A stretch of DNA of 64,000 nucleotides from NCBI GenBank assembly GCA_027218345.1, contig GCA_027218345.1_3950.1; one strand, 5' to 3'. The position numbers and the translations under genes were made by a program. Shown in pieces: positions 36,523 through 47,292 of this stretch. Under the pieces are notes generated by a model. That model saw nothing but the letters and a program-made list of their open reading frames with translations, had not been told where the DNA came from and made no database searches. The stretch is from a phage. Position 1 is the first letter of the stretch. Each line of letters opens with the position of its first letter.

Positions 36523-37470
36523 TTACATAGAAACTCTGTCACGAATCTCAGCAATTTTTGCATCATTCATTCGGGATTCACCTTTAATCTTAGTCCATCC
36601 AAGATAACCACACACCCTGTTAATCACAGAGATATCATGTGAATGGCAAACCTCACATTCTTCAACATCAGCCTTTGGTCTGTTACCACAATGCTCACAG
36701 ATTGCTAAGTCAAAGTTAAGCCCCTGATAAAAACCTTTCAACATCCCTCTGGTAATACAACTTTTAAGTGCTGTTAAGTTTTCTGGGTTAGCTACCCTTA
36801 CATACTGGATTCTGCCACCTCTACAGATGTGGAAGAATGGCTCTTCTAAGTCCTGCTTCTCAAATGGTGAAATGTTTGCTGCAACATTCATATGGAAACT
36901 GTTTGTAAAGTATTCCTTGTCAGAAACGCCTTTGATAACACCAAACATATCTCTGAACTGTTTTAGCTGAGTTCCACACAATGACTCTGCTGGAGTGCCA
37001 TATACTGCATACAGGAAGCCATCTTCATTCTTAAACTCTTCAGTTTTCATGTTAATGTATGCCAGAACATCGTATGCAAAACTAGAACTTCCAACTTCAT
37101 GGAGTCGTTTACCTTCAGCAAGAACAGATAACTCATCAAGCGCAGTAACCCCAAAAGAAGCTGTGAAGGACTTCACGATATCCCAACCAACCTTGTCGGT
37201 AGGTTTTTTAGTTCCTTTGTACAAACCACCTTGTGTGAATGCAAGAGGGTTAGAACTTGCTGGCATATTAGCAATCATTTCGTAGCGTTTCTTGTGGAAG
37301 CTGCGAATCATCTCTAGGTACTTATCAAGCTCTTTCCAGAAATCTAAACCATTCTCTTTAGAATACTGGTAAATCATTGGTAAGTTCAAAGATACCGCAC
37401 CAATGTTAGCACGACCTACATAAAACTCTTCACCATCTTCGTTATGGTATGGTGATAAAAATGCTCTACA
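36523..37470 (-). CDS. nrdD: anaerobic ribonucleoside-triphosphate reductase, exon 2
   Basis: Frame continues upstream of the listed ORF to CRAFLSPYHNEDGEE; C-terminal glycyl-radical motif RVCGY and CxxC...CxxC. Confidence 0.85.
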   Translation of the reverse strand, partial: CRAFLSPYHNEDGEEFYVGRANIGAVSLNLPMIYQYSKENGLDFWKELDKYLEMIRSFHKKRYEMIANMPASSNPLAFTQGGLYKGTKKPTDKVGWDIVKSFTASFGVTALDELSVLAEGKRLHEVGSSSFAYDVLAYINMKTEEFKNEDGFLYAVYGTPAESLCGTQLKQFRDMFGVIKGVSDKEYFTNSFHMNVAANISPFEKQDLEEPFFHICRGGRIQYVRVANPENLTALKSCITRGMLKGFYQGLNFDLAICEHCGNRPKADVEECEVCHSHDISVINRVCGYLGWTKIKGESRMNDAKIAEIRDRVSM

Positions 37471-37786
37471 CTTGTTGTTCAGGTAAGTTCGCTACGCTTA
37501 CCCCGCTTTATTCAAGCTGCTTACTGTCGCCAGTAAGTCCAGACTATATCTTCTACTTATTTCTAAGTAGCGTACCATTTCGAGTCGCTTGACCCTACAC
37601 CGCTACATTCATCACGGTTAGTCGTTCGGCATTTAGATGTATTCAAACTCATATTCGAAGTTACTTGGCATGTAAGACTCCTATGTTGTATAGTTTCTTA
37701 CATCGTACATCATTTAGCACAGGATTGTCTACTCTTGTAGAGTTTCCCTGTTTAGGCACGTTTTAGATGAGCTATAGAGCTTGTTA
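37471..37786 (-). mobile_element. group I intron (ORF-less) in nrdD
   Basis: 316 nt between exons; 5' exon ends in U, intron ends in G; conserved core similar to T4 td/nrdD introns plus GACUA/UAGUC P7 pairing. Confidence 0.7.
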
Positions 37787-38983
37787 ACCCATCGGCGAAA
37801 TAACCTTGCCAGAACGCTCAAAAGCTTCTGCTACAGCACCATGACCAGATACACTTAAGAAATCTGGATACATCGCTTTAGAGCAACACTCAATAGCTTT
37901 ACTGTACAGGTGACTTTGACAGATATTTTCATCATGTCTCTTCTGGTCATAAATATAAACCAGTTTAGGGAATACAACAGGCTTCTTGCTCTTACCTTGT
38001 CCATTCATACGAACATCTAGGAGAGTACTTGCAATCATGTATTGTAGCCGGTTGTCTTCATTAGACATATCTGAGTCAAGTAAACCAAATGTCAAAGTTG
38101 TGAATGCGAAATCACCACGGCTGCAAGGTACGGTGTTTAGCTTCATTTCAAGTGATTGAAAACCTTGAGTCAATTCAAGCTGTAGCTGCTCCATGACATA
38201 ATTATGGTAATGTTCTTTAGGAATACCATAAGATGCTGCTTTCTCAGCATGGTAACGTAGAGACTTCTTAGCATACGGTACAAGTACCTTATCAATCTCT
38301 GCTAAAGTAAAGCCACCAAATTGCTGTGCAGTTGCTGAAAGAACTACATCACCAATAACCTGTAAGGCTGACAGCACAGACTTTGGTTCACAGTATTCAA
38401 TGCCAGACATTTCAAAGCCACCTTTCAGTACTTTACCAATGTCAAACAAGCAACAGTTAATACCACCAAAAATTAGGTCTCTTAAATCATGGATATAGAT
38501 AAACCCTTTTTCAATGGCTTCAAGTTCCTCTGGTGTTAAGTGGTACTGTTTAAAGATTTCTTTAGTCAGATAACCACGAATAATTGAACCTTTTGTAGAA
38601 ATTAAACTGCTGTCAAAATTAGCGTTTTCTCTGTCACCTAAGAAGAGTGTATCTTTGGTCTTCTGGTAGAGTTCATCCCAATTTTGAGCAACCTCTTTAC
38701 GGTAATTTCTATATGTTGAGTAAGACTCATAAATCTCGTGATTGACTTCTGCCAAAGCACCCTCAACAATACTGTGAATATCATTTACTGAAACGAGTAA
38801 ATTATTCTGCTTAGTGGACTTTACCAGAATCCTCATAAATGCTGACTCAAGAGCTTGGGTAACATCTGGTGGAAGCTCTTTATAACCAACTCTGTTAGCT
38901 GACTTTGTGACTGCTACTAAAACTTTTTTGATATCAGGTTCTTCGAGTGAGCCATTCTTTTTAATAATCTGTACTTTGTTCAT
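37787..38983 (-). CDS. nrdD: anaerobic ribonucleoside-triphosphate reductase, exon 1
   Basis: ORF ends ...ISPMG then in-frame TAA that begins the intron; joins exon 2 to give conserved SPMG-CR. Confidence 0.85.
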
Positions 38984-39001
38984 TATTGCCCCTTTACATG
39001 C

Positions 39002-39026
39002 TAAAAAGGTCTCCGAAGAGACCCTT
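39002..39026 (-). terminator. rho-independent terminator upstream of nrdD
   Basis: Minus-strand hairpin GGTCTCTTCGGAGACC then TTTTT. Confidence 0.5.
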
Positions 39027-39031
39027 TCATT

Positions 39032-39238
39032 TTAAATCTTTTTAGAAAACTTCGCAAAGAGTTCTCTTAGTTTTTCAGTGATGTCCAGATGTATCTCTAG
39101 GATTTCAAATATAACCCATAGTAACATGACTCCAAACAACAAACCTTGTTTAAAGTCAGTAAATAGGTTAGCAATAAGCATACCAATTACAATAACTGGT
39201 GCATCAATAACCAAACCTTCCCAAAGGCGTTTAAGCAT
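39032..39238 (-). CDS. small membrane protein
   Basis: 68-aa hydrophobic ORF. Confidence 0.4.
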   Translation of the reverse strand: MLKRLWEGLVIDAPVIVIGMLIANLFTDFKQGLLFGVMLLWVIFEILEIHLDITEKLRELFAKFSKKI

Positions 39239-39473
39239 TATTCACCTCTGCCATAAAATTCTGTAGCGTCCCAACAGGTTTTAGGTTTTGTCCATCAGTT
39301 TTCATGATGAATGGCATCTGACGAACTGGCATCTGTGCAATGTCCATTAGTTCCGATAGCTCATAGTCCTGCCCTAACATTCTCACAACATGGTCAATAC
39401 CACGAGCTTTTGCAAAATTCTTTGCAGTCTCACACTGAGGGCATCCAGTTTTGGAGTAAATTACATAAGTCAT
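39231..39473 (-). CDS. glutaredoxin-like protein
   Basis: CPQC active-site motif after beta strand, 80 aa, adjacent to nrdB. Confidence 0.7.
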   Translation of the reverse strand: MTYVIYSKTGCPQCETAKNFAKARGIDHVVRMLGQDYELSELMDIAQMPVRQMPFIMKTDGQNLKPVGTLQNFMAEVNNA

Positions 39474-40547
39474 TAAGGAACCTCTAAAAATCCACTATTC
39501 AAATCATCTACAACAGTATTCAACAGGTACGCGCCATTCTGTTGCTCCTGATTAGCATTCTGCTCTTTATCAATTTCCATCTTCTTAATCATGTACTTCA
39601 AAGGTGGTTCTTTAGGAGCTACAAAATCTCTTTGAATGCCAAACATATCATACAGTGGGGCAGCATTATAGTAAACCCACTCATGAAGAAGCTTTGTATT
39701 CAAGCCAACTACAGCACGTCCTTCGGAGAAGATATAATACGACCATTTCTCTTCACTTTCAACTACTTCATCTAAGATTACTTTAATCTCTGGAAGAATT
39801 TGTTGAAAAGCTTTCTGCCACTCATCATCTCTTAAAGTTTCTTTTAAAACTTCAATATCAATTTTAGTGTGAAGGATTTCGTCAAGCATAATTTTCTGGA
39901 CAGCTTGAGCAATACCCTGAAATTTATCTTGAGCATCAAGTGCAAAGGTACATGCAAAGGATGCCATAAAAGATATACCTTCAAGTGCAGTCACTGCAAA
40001 CAGCCCTTTTAGAATCACTTTATGGAAGTGTAAAGGGTCTTTGTCCAGAAGTGAATCACGCACATAACTCAGACGGTAGTTTATACCTTCATCCAGTAAT
40101 TCTTCAAGAACACGATTCACAGTTTTTAATCGGTCTTGCACAGCAACATTCTGGTTAATCTCATCTAAGATTGTTTCAGGGTTTTTAATACATTGCCTCA
40201 CAATCTCTGAGTAAGTAAGAGCATGTAGGTTTTCAATCTCAGACTGCTTCATAATTGCAGTTGCATAGATGTCATCAGAGATAAATGGTGCAAAGGCAAA
40301 TGCCAAGCTCTTAGCAACTTGAGTATCCGCCTCCCATTGCCACTTAAGAATCTCAAGCATTACACCTGACATTGATGCTGGGACACTCTCAAAATCAAGA
40401 CGAGATTGTTCAAAAGGGAACTCATCTTCTGACCAGTCTTGTGCTTTTTGTTGTTTATAAAGTTCAAAGATTTTTGGGTAGTGTTTATTAAGTGAGTCAA
40501 AAGTTTTTCTCTCACCACCTAAAAAGATTGGGTGCTGGTTAATCATA
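39473..40547 (-). CDS. nrdB: ribonucleotide reductase class Ia beta subunit
   Basis: Ferritin-like di-iron ORF next to nrdA; start set at MINQHPIF. Confidence 0.85.
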
Positions 40548-40801
40548 GCGTGATTTCTCCTTTCTTTATCATTTCTAAGGCTTGTTTTCTGTCTAAAACT
40601 TCCCAATTTTCTTTGTTAAACATCTCATAAGGTCTTGCGTAGATTTTACCATCTGCTATAGAGATGTAAGAGATACCAGCAACCCATGAGTCATCCTTTT
40701 GTTTTATCATCATATCTGTGCTACTCACATAGTACATCGTTTTCCGAGGCTTGTGGAGCAAGTATATAGGCCGCTCATGTTTTTCTATTAAATCTTTCAT
40801 G
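40544..40801 (-). CDS. small hypothetical protein between nrdA and nrdB
   Basis: ATG after GGAGAG RBS; stop overlaps nrdB start (ATGA). Confidence 0.4.
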
Positions 40802-40855
40802 GTCTCTCCAAAGTTATTTTTAAAGGGTCTTTTACGACCCTCATAGTTGTTAAAA

Positions 40856-43090
40856 CTAAACACCACAACCCTCGCAATAAGCATCTTGCAGTGCAGATTT
40901 ACCTACACCAATGCGACTGTTAAGGTAGTACATGGTTTTCATACCTACCGAGTTGGCATAAATCATGTACTTCAAAGCTTGAGCCAATGATACCTTCTTA
41001 GCTTTTGCGTAGTCAACATAGAAGTCTGAAGAGATAGCTTGACCAGTGAACTTTTGAACAATTGCATAACAATCAATCAGGTCAAAGGTGTCAATACCCC
41101 AAGCAATTTCATAGACATACTTCAACTCTTCATAATCTGGAACAATAAACAGTACGTTACCAGTTGCAGACTTTTTAGTTAAAATAAAGTCACGAATTGG
41201 GTACAAGCCATTTGTTGTATTAGTTGCTAGTGAAGAACTCTCGTTAGGCATGTAAGCTTCTAATACAGAGTTACGGATTCCACCATTTTCTTTAATACGT
41301 TGTGCTAAGTCATCCCAATCATATCTTAGTTTTGCATCATGCTTCTCATCAATCTTCTTGTTAGCTGTCTTTGGAGGAACCCACCCTTCAGGATACTTAG
41401 TGAACTGCATATACTCAGGTACACCACGTTCTTTAGCAAGTCTTAAAGAAGCTTCGTGTAAGTAGTAAGAGTGCATTTCAGCAAGCTCATGAAGCTTCGT
41501 CTTACCTGCCCTTGAAGAATAGTTCACGTAGTTCTTCGCAAGGTAATGAGCCACATTCGTAAGGCCAATCCCAACAGAGCGACGCTTCTGAACATGGTTG
41601 CGCATCGACGGATACGGATAATCCATAAGGTCAATAACGGAGTCAACCATTGCAAGAGCATAATAAGCAACGTCAGCGTATTCATCTTCTGAAATTCTCC
41701 CTGCAACCAAACTAGCTAGGAAGCAAAGAGCCACCTCACCATCCTCTTTCACAGCATCGTCTCTGTAAAGGTCTGTCTCCTTCTCAAAGCCGTATACTGG
41801 CAACACAATTTCCATACAAAGATTTGACATCTTCAAAGGCTCTTTAAATGGTGTATGTGTGTTTGCATTATTTGTGAAGAATGGGTACACACGACCTGTT
41901 GCGTAACGTTGCTGGATAAACAGTTTAGCAATTTCACGAGCCTTTACTCGTCTGTGCTTAACACCAGAATGTACTGCGTGACCAACTGCCATAGCAAACT
42001 CATCAGCAGATGCAGTGTAGAACATATCATAAAGTTTTGGTGCATCCTTGTAAGAGAATAGCAACCAATCTGTATCATATTGAACACACTGCCAGAAATA
42101 ATCATTTGTACCAAATGAGTAGTCCATCTCATTAATACGTTTAGAAGGGACCGTTGTAGGGTGCTTCAAACGTAGTAAATCTTCAATCTGCGGGTCTAGA
42201 GCGGTGTAGAAGTTGTTAGCTGAACCACCACGACTCTTCTGTTTATTTGCCTCTACAGATGAACGTACAAGCTTGTAATAAGGTAGTTTACCCATGTGTT
42301 CAATAGTGTTTTGACGGATACCATCACCAATAGTACGAGTCTCCATCAACATACCAATACCAGCTTGCTTCGTAGTCATATCATAAGCAACCTTTGCAGC
42401 AATACCCAGCGACTCAGCAGTATCGTTTGCCTTAATCAAACAGCATGACGCATAACCTGACTTAGTAGCACGTAAACCATTCAGATAAGGCGTAGGAGCG
42501 TTAATCTTCAGGTCAGATAGGTAAGTGTACAGCTTAATAACATCTTGCAGTCTACGGTGCTTTGGTTGCTTCTCGAAGGCTTTCATAGCCATACCCATAA
42601 ACATAAATTGTGGTGACTCAAAAAGTCTTCCCGTTTTAATATCACGGATACCATATTTATCTCTGAACTGCTTCAACACTGCATAGCCGTAAGAGATATC
42701 TTTTGAGTGCACAATGTATCCTTGCAGATATTCAAGCTCTTCCTGAGAATAGTCCATCTTCTCCCAAAGTCCTGCTCTCTCCATATTTTTAACGAAGGTA
42801 ACCAGCGTAGGAACCTTAGTAAAGCCTCCAAAGGCTTCTTTGTAGATAATACCCAAAAGCAGTCGTCCAGCCATATCTGAGTACTCTTGAGTTTGTTTAT
42901 CAACACAAACATCAATCATGGCTTGGTGCATCTCTTTTGTAGTGCAACCCTCATAGACACGTTTCATAGCTTCCATAGTGACTTCTGACCAGATAATTCC
43001 ACGTTTATCTGCCCATGATGCCCACTTATTCAGTCTTTCTGGGTCAAAGCTTACTACTGTACCGTTTGATTTTTTAATTGTCTTAATCAT
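40856..43090 (-). CDS. nrdA: ribonucleotide reductase class Ia alpha subunit
   Basis: 744-aa ORF, N-terminal ATP-cone-like region, C-terminal CEGC. Confidence 0.9.
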   Translation of the reverse strand: MIKTIKKSNGTVVSFDPERLNKWASWADKRGIIWSEVTMEAMKRVYEGCTTKEMHQAMIDVCVDKQTQEYSDMAGRLLLGIIYKEAFGGFTKVPTLVTFVKNMERAGLWEKMDYSQEELEYLQGYIVHSKDISYGYAVLKQFRDKYGIRDIKTGRLFESPQFMFMGMAMKAFEKQPKHRRLQDVIKLYTYLSDLKINAPTPYLNGLRATKSGYASCCLIKANDTAESLGIAAKVAYDMTTKQAGIGMLMETRTIGDGIRQNTIEHMGKLPYYKLVRSSVEANKQKSRGGSANNFYTALDPQIEDLLRLKHPTTVPSKRINEMDYSFGTNDYFWQCVQYDTDWLLFSYKDAPKLYDMFYTASADEFAMAVGHAVHSGVKHRRVKAREIAKLFIQQRYATGRVYPFFTNNANTHTPFKEPLKMSNLCMEIVLPVYGFEKETDLYRDDAVKEDGEVALCFLASLVAGRISEDEYADVAYYALAMVDSVIDLMDYPYPSMRNHVQKRRSVGIGLTNVAHYLAKNYVNYSSRAGKTKLHELAEMHSYYLHEASLRLAKERGVPEYMQFTKYPEGWVPPKTANKKIDEKHDAKLRYDWDDLAQRIKENGGIRNSVLEAYMPNESSSLATNTTNGLYPIRDFILTKKSATGNVLFIVPDYEELKYVYEIAWGIDTFDLIDCYAIVQKFTGQAISSDFYVDYAKAKKVSLAQALKYMIYANSVGMKTMYYLNSRIGVGKSALQDAYCEGCGV

Positions 43091-43105
43091 TTTTGAATCC
43101 TACAG

Positions 43106-43132
43106 ATGAAAAGAGCCTCCGAAGAGGCTCCC
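43106..43132 (-). terminator. rho-independent terminator upstream of nrdA
   Basis: Minus-strand hairpin GAGCCTCTTCGGAGGCTC then TTTTC. Confidence 0.55.
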
Positions 43133-43136
43133 TAGT

Positions 43137-43475
43137 TTAAATCTTGAAAATTTGCTCATTCTGCCACATATCGTAAAACTTATCACTTACTTTTGTGACT
43201 GAAGAAGTGTGCATACAATTCAGGGAGAACCATGATGATGTATTATCATCCATAAGTGTTTCAAGTTTTTGTGTAACGTTCACATCCATGTCTGCAACAA
43301 CGTAATTGCCTCGCATCTTGCAAACAATTCTTCCAAACAAGATTGCACTTCTACCTCTTCGGTCATCACAGTACATAACTGTGTCCCCGTGCTTAACATC
43401 TTGTCCGAGGCTGTCAACGCCTAACTTAGCACCTGAGACAATATCATCATAAGATAACTTTTTTGCTTTAGACAC
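43137..43475 (-). CDS. hypothetical protein
   Basis: 112-aa ORF followed by terminator hairpin. Confidence 0.45.
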   Translation of the reverse strand: MSKAKKLSYDDIVSGAKLGVDSLGQDVKHGDTVMYCDDRRGRSAILFGRIVCKMRGNYVVADMDVNVTQKLETLMDDNTSSWFSLNCMHTSSVTKVSDKFYDMWQNEQIFKI

Positions 43476-43800
43476 GGTATTTCTCCAAGTTTCTTTTTAG
43501 ATATAACCAACCATAGTCAGTCCTTTCTACACCCATAAAGAGCGGAGCCATCACAACTTTACCGAAAGTATTTCTGTGTTGGCAGATTTCAAAGGAATAC
43601 TCTTTCTCAATATCAATCCCATATTTGTACAGGACTGCTTTTAAAACTTGTTCATTGTCCAGAAGTGTATCTGGAGTCTCACCATATTTTTCTAGTAACG
43701 GGTCATTCATGAACACCGTCATAGAAATATTGTAGTTTGAGAAGTGGCTCTTCTGAGCCACACCCTCTTTATTAATGTTCTGTGAATCCATTATAACCAA
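43468..43800 (-). CDS. hypothetical protein
   Basis: 110-aa ORF. Confidence 0.45.
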   Translation of the reverse strand: MVIMDSQNINKEGVAQKSHFSNYNISMTVFMNDPLLEKYGETPDTLLDNEQVLKAVLYKYGIDIEKEYSFEICQHRNTFGKVVMAPLFMGVERTDYGWLYLKRNLEKYRV

Positions 43801-44527
43801 CCCCTTTTAACCAGCACTTCAGGTTATTAGCATCATAATTCAGTTTCGGGTATGAGGTTACATGGAACTGCTCACCATCATAATAGACAATATCTGCAAT
43901 CCATAGTCCATTCTCTTTACAGAAGTCTTTATCTGCTTTAGAGGTAATTGGATTAACTTCTACAAAACCATCTACACCCAAATCCTTTAAGCTACCTACA
44001 ATACCTTTGCAGATAACGCATGTCTCAGATACTACCACAAAAAGTTCTTGGCTTTCAAGTTCTACAATGTATTCACCAAGCTGTACTTTTGGGAGATTCG
44101 ATTGCTTCATAATCTTCCCATCGGCTACACGAACAATTGCGTACCACTCTTTACCATCAACTATTGACATTCTGACAATACAATCTTGACCAGTACGCTT
44201 CTCAATATCTGCAAGACGTTTTAAAGCTTCTTCATAGTTATCTGTGTACTTCAGGTCATTATTATGGCAAACAGCTTTCATAGCACCGTTATGGTCATGT
44301 TGTGACAGATAAATCAAGCCGTCAAGAACATATTGCAAATCTGCCTGAGCATCCAGTGTCTCAATGGGGTCTTTCTCTTCAATTGCTTTTACAAGCTCTT
44401 TTGCTTCTTCAAGCATACACAGAGATTGAGATTTCAAAGATTCCCAATACTCATTACTGTAAGGTTGCTTTTGAGTGTTTCCACAACGAAGGTTCCAGTT
44501 TTTTACTGATTCTCTTGAGTTAAACAT
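43772..44527 (-). CDS. hypothetical protein, possible MazG-like NTP pyrophosphohydrolase N-domain
   Basis: N-terminal EEAKELVKAIEEKDP...DLQYVLDGLIYL weakly resembles MazG helices. Confidence 0.35.
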   Translation of the reverse strand: MFNSRESVKNWNLRCGNTQKQPYSNEYWESLKSQSLCMLEEAKELVKAIEEKDPIETLDAQADLQYVLDGLIYLSQHDHNGAMKAVCHNNDLKYTDNYEEALKRLADIEKRTGQDCIVRMSIVDGKEWYAIVRVADGKIMKQSNLPKVQLGEYIVELESQELFVVVSETCVICKGIVGSLKDLGVDGFVEVNPITSKADKDFCKENGLWIADIVYYDGEQFHVTSYPKLNYDANNLKCWLKGVGYNGFTEH

Positions 44528-44766
44528 TCGGACTCCTTAAAATATTTGTTAACCTTTAGCTCTCGTGTTTCAATATATTCTAGATGCTCACGTAGCTCTT
44601 GACGTTTAAGCATTAGGTGCTGCATTTGAGACTCAACAGCTTCAACTTCTTTAATTATTGATTCTCTAGCATTTGCAAGGATGCGCTCAAGTTCTTCAAT
44701 CTTGCTGTCAACTTTTGCTACATGACTCACAGCTTTGCTTTTGTTAAACATTTTATTCTCTCTCAA
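44503..44766 (-). CDS. hypothetical coiled-coil protein
   Basis: 87-aa ORF, heptad-like charged repeats. Confidence 0.4.
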   Translation of the reverse strand: MRENKMFNKSKAVSHVAKVDSKIEELERILANARESIIKEVEAVESQMQHLMLKRQELREHLEYIETRELKVNKYFKESECLTQENQ

Positions 44767-44772
44767 TAGTTG

Positions 44773-45270
44773 TCAAGCACAATTTGCTTTCATTACCTTA
44801 TGGATTCTTTTTTCAGCGTCTTCATAAGTTTCTTTAGTGATAAACTTAATTGCTGCAATATTGGCATTGTAGAAGAGTCTGAGCTTCGAGTCAATCCTTT
44901 TTGTCATTACATCGAATTTATGTTGAAGGTTAGCTTCACCATAAACTAGGCCACCTTTTGTGTAGTAGGTCTGAATAATGTAAAAGTCAAAAAATTCTTT
45001 TCCAAAGCTTTCAATATCTTTTTTAATATACTCAGAAGAAGTTTCATAAGTCATCCAATCACTCTCCTTAGTAACTACCTTCTTCCGAGTCTTGCCAGCA
45101 ACTTTTCTTTTGGTCACGCTATTAAACTGTTTCCTTCCGATATAATATTGCCCAGTCTTCTTACAGTGTACTAAATAGACAAAACCAAAATGTTTAGTGG
45201 GGTCAACTTCCCCACATAAAGATACCCAATGACCGTAGGTGGGGCAATTGCCAAATCCTTTAATTTTCAT
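44773..45270 (-). CDS. putative GIY-YIG-type endonuclease
   Basis: FVYLVHCKKTGQYYIGRK resembles the GIY...YIG motif. Confidence 0.45.
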   Translation of the reverse strand: MKIKGFGNCPTYGHWVSLCGEVDPTKHFGFVYLVHCKKTGQYYIGRKQFNSVTKRKVAGKTRKKVVTKESDWMTYETSSEYIKKDIESFGKEFFDFYIIQTYYTKGGLVYGEANLQHKFDVMTKRIDSKLRLFYNANIAAIKFITKETYEDAEKRIHKVMKANCA

Positions 45271-46300
45271 TCATACATGGCTCCCAATTATATTTCTTAA
45301 AAGTGAAATCGTCTTTCTTGTTTCTTTCCTGATAAGCTAAGAAAAAGTGTTGCTGCATTAACTCTAAAGGTGTTCTGGTAATTGTTTGACCATCCCATGA
45401 TACATAAGTGTAGGAGTCTTTCTTAGCATATAGCTCGTAAATTGCATCAAGACACTCTTTATAAGTATTTTTCCCTTCAAGAGCCTTCATCACAGCAGCT
45501 TTGCCAACACCCTTTAAACCAAAATAATTATCCGCATTATCACCAGCCACAGCTTGGTAACAAAGAAATTTAAAACCTACCCCAACTGTCTTCTTAGCTT
45601 TTGGTGTCGATTTTATTGGACAATCCCAAATTTCACCAACGTTGTTATCAGCAATGAAAATCAAAGGTGACTTTTCATAGGTCATATCAATGCAGTAAGT
45701 CCCTTCAGCTTGACGAAGGTCTTTATCAATACTCATTAAGGCAGCCTTTTTTCCCATCTTTTCAGCTTTAGCAATAACGATAGAGTCAGCTTCAAATCCA
45801 TCAAGAATCAATTTGAACTCTGGTCTTGACAGAAGGTATTCACGACAAGCGACTAAGTGTGTTGGTGTGACAGCATCTTTACGGTTACCTTGATATTGGT
45901 GCTCAAGACCTTTAATGTCTTTGTGTTTATGCACACCTTTCTCTGTTAAATAACCTACCCAAGTTCTTTCTTTACCAACAACCTTAAGCCATTCCTGAAG
46001 CACCTGTTGAGTAGCCATGATAGCTTCTTTTTCACTCTTAGCTTCTTTCCAAGTCTGTCTTTCCCATTCATCTTCATCAAATGTCAGGCCAAGTTCTTCC
46101 ACAAGGATTCTCTGGTCTGCTAACCATCTTGCAGCATCTTTCGCATTGTCAAATGGTTCAGATTCTTCTGCTGTGAGTTTATTGACGTATTTATATTTTG
46201 CTTTCTCAACTACACAAGCACCTTTATAGGCAATGCTGTCAGAGTCAATAAAAACATGTGTAACTGAATCGGGAAGTTTTGTTAATGTGTACTTCTCCAT
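45260..46300 (-). CDS. 5'-3' exonuclease / flap endonuclease
   Basis: N-terminal VFIDSDSIAY acidic motif and helix-hairpin-helix GLKGVGKAAVMK typical of FEN-family nucleases. Confidence 0.75.
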   Translation of the reverse strand: MEKYTLTKLPDSVTHVFIDSDSIAYKGACVVEKAKYKYVNKLTAEESEPFDNAKDAARWLADQRILVEELGLTFDEDEWERQTWKEAKSEKEAIMATQQVLQEWLKVVGKERTWVGYLTEKGVHKHKDIKGLEHQYQGNRKDAVTPTHLVACREYLLSRPEFKLILDGFEADSIVIAKAEKMGKKAALMSIDKDLRQAEGTYCIDMTYEKSPLIFIADNNVGEIWDCPIKSTPKAKKTVGVGFKFLCYQAVAGDNADNYFGLKGVGKAAVMKALEGKNTYKECLDAIYELYAKKDSYTYVSWDGQTITRTPLELMQQHFFLAYQERNKKDDFTFKKYNWEPCMNEN

Positions 46301-46362
46301 TATGGCTCTCCATATGAAAAAGCCCCATACTAAGTACAGGGCTTTAAAGTAACTTTTAGAGA

Positions 46363-47220
46363 TTAGTCTTCTGTATCGAAGTCTTCATCTTCTTCGTCAT
46401 CTGGGTCTGGCAAATCTTCATCATCACCATCATCAGAATCATTCGAAGGTTTATGGTCTTTTGCGTCTTCTTCAGTGATTTCACCGTTATCTTCAACACC
46501 ATCAAGACCAAGCATAGCCAGTTCGTCTTCATCCAGTTCAGGTTCACCGTTAGCACCGTTACCACCAGTGTAAGGTACAAGAGTATCAATGATAAACTGT
46601 TCCTGAATAGGTTTTGTCAGAACATTGTTCTCAAAAGTGTAGAAGTGAGTAGAAAGAATCACACTACCAAAAGAACCGTTACCGACTGCAATATCTGGAT
46701 GAATTACATCATAGTTCTTGTCATCTTCATGTTTATCAGATGCTTGAGCTTTGATTTTCTTCATCGGCTGTTTAACAGCTACACGCTTACCATTTACTTC
46801 TTCAATCAGCATCACAGGGAATGACTGTTTAGCTGTCCATACAGCACCATCTTTATAAGCTGCTGCACGACTTACTTTCAAGATGTGGTAAGTGTCTGCT
46901 TCAAATGGTGGTTTGCAACCAAACTTCTCTTCGAAGTCATCTGCATCAACTGCTTCAGTAGTAACTTTATCCCAACCTTCTGGGTTTTTCTTAGACTTAG
47001 TAAACTCTTTAAATAGTTTGTTACCATCTTCTGCCAGAATTGAAACACTGTAGTTACAATCTTTTCCTGGGAATTTCTTATCAATGGATTTACCTTTTGC
47101 CGGACGTGGTGAAGTGTTCAGGTAATAAAACCAAACATCTTTCAACAGGTAACGCAGAGTTTGACGTTCAGTACCATTGTACTTCTCTACCGGAGCTTTC
47201 ATTTTAACAACTTTAGACAT
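46363..47220 (-). CDS. putative single-stranded DNA-binding protein with acidic C-terminal tail
   Basis: 285 aa, C-terminal ~45 residues almost entirely Asp/Glu, placed between exonuclease and primase-helicase. Confidence 0.45.
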   Translation of the reverse strand: MSKVVKMKAPVEKYNGTERQTLRYLLKDVWFYYLNTSPRPAKGKSIDKKFPGKDCNYSVSILAEDGNKLFKEFTKSKKNPEGWDKVTTEAVDADDFEEKFGCKPPFEADTYHILKVSRAAAYKDGAVWTAKQSFPVMLIEEVNGKRVAVKQPMKKIKAQASDKHEDDKNYDVIHPDIAVGNGSFGSVILSTHFYTFENNVLTKPIQEQFIIDTLVPYTGGNGANGEPELDEDELAMLGLDGVEDNGEITEEDAKDHKPSNDSDDGDDEDLPDPDDEEDEDFDTED

Positions 47221-47292
47221 TATTTAAACCTCTATCTCAATTTATGAAGAGTACCAATTCTAATTTGTTGATACTCTATTGTCAAACATTAA

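Noticed and set aside
41524-42915. Small ORFs on both strands inside nrdA
   Set aside because: Embedded in a highly conserved enzyme gene; spurious.
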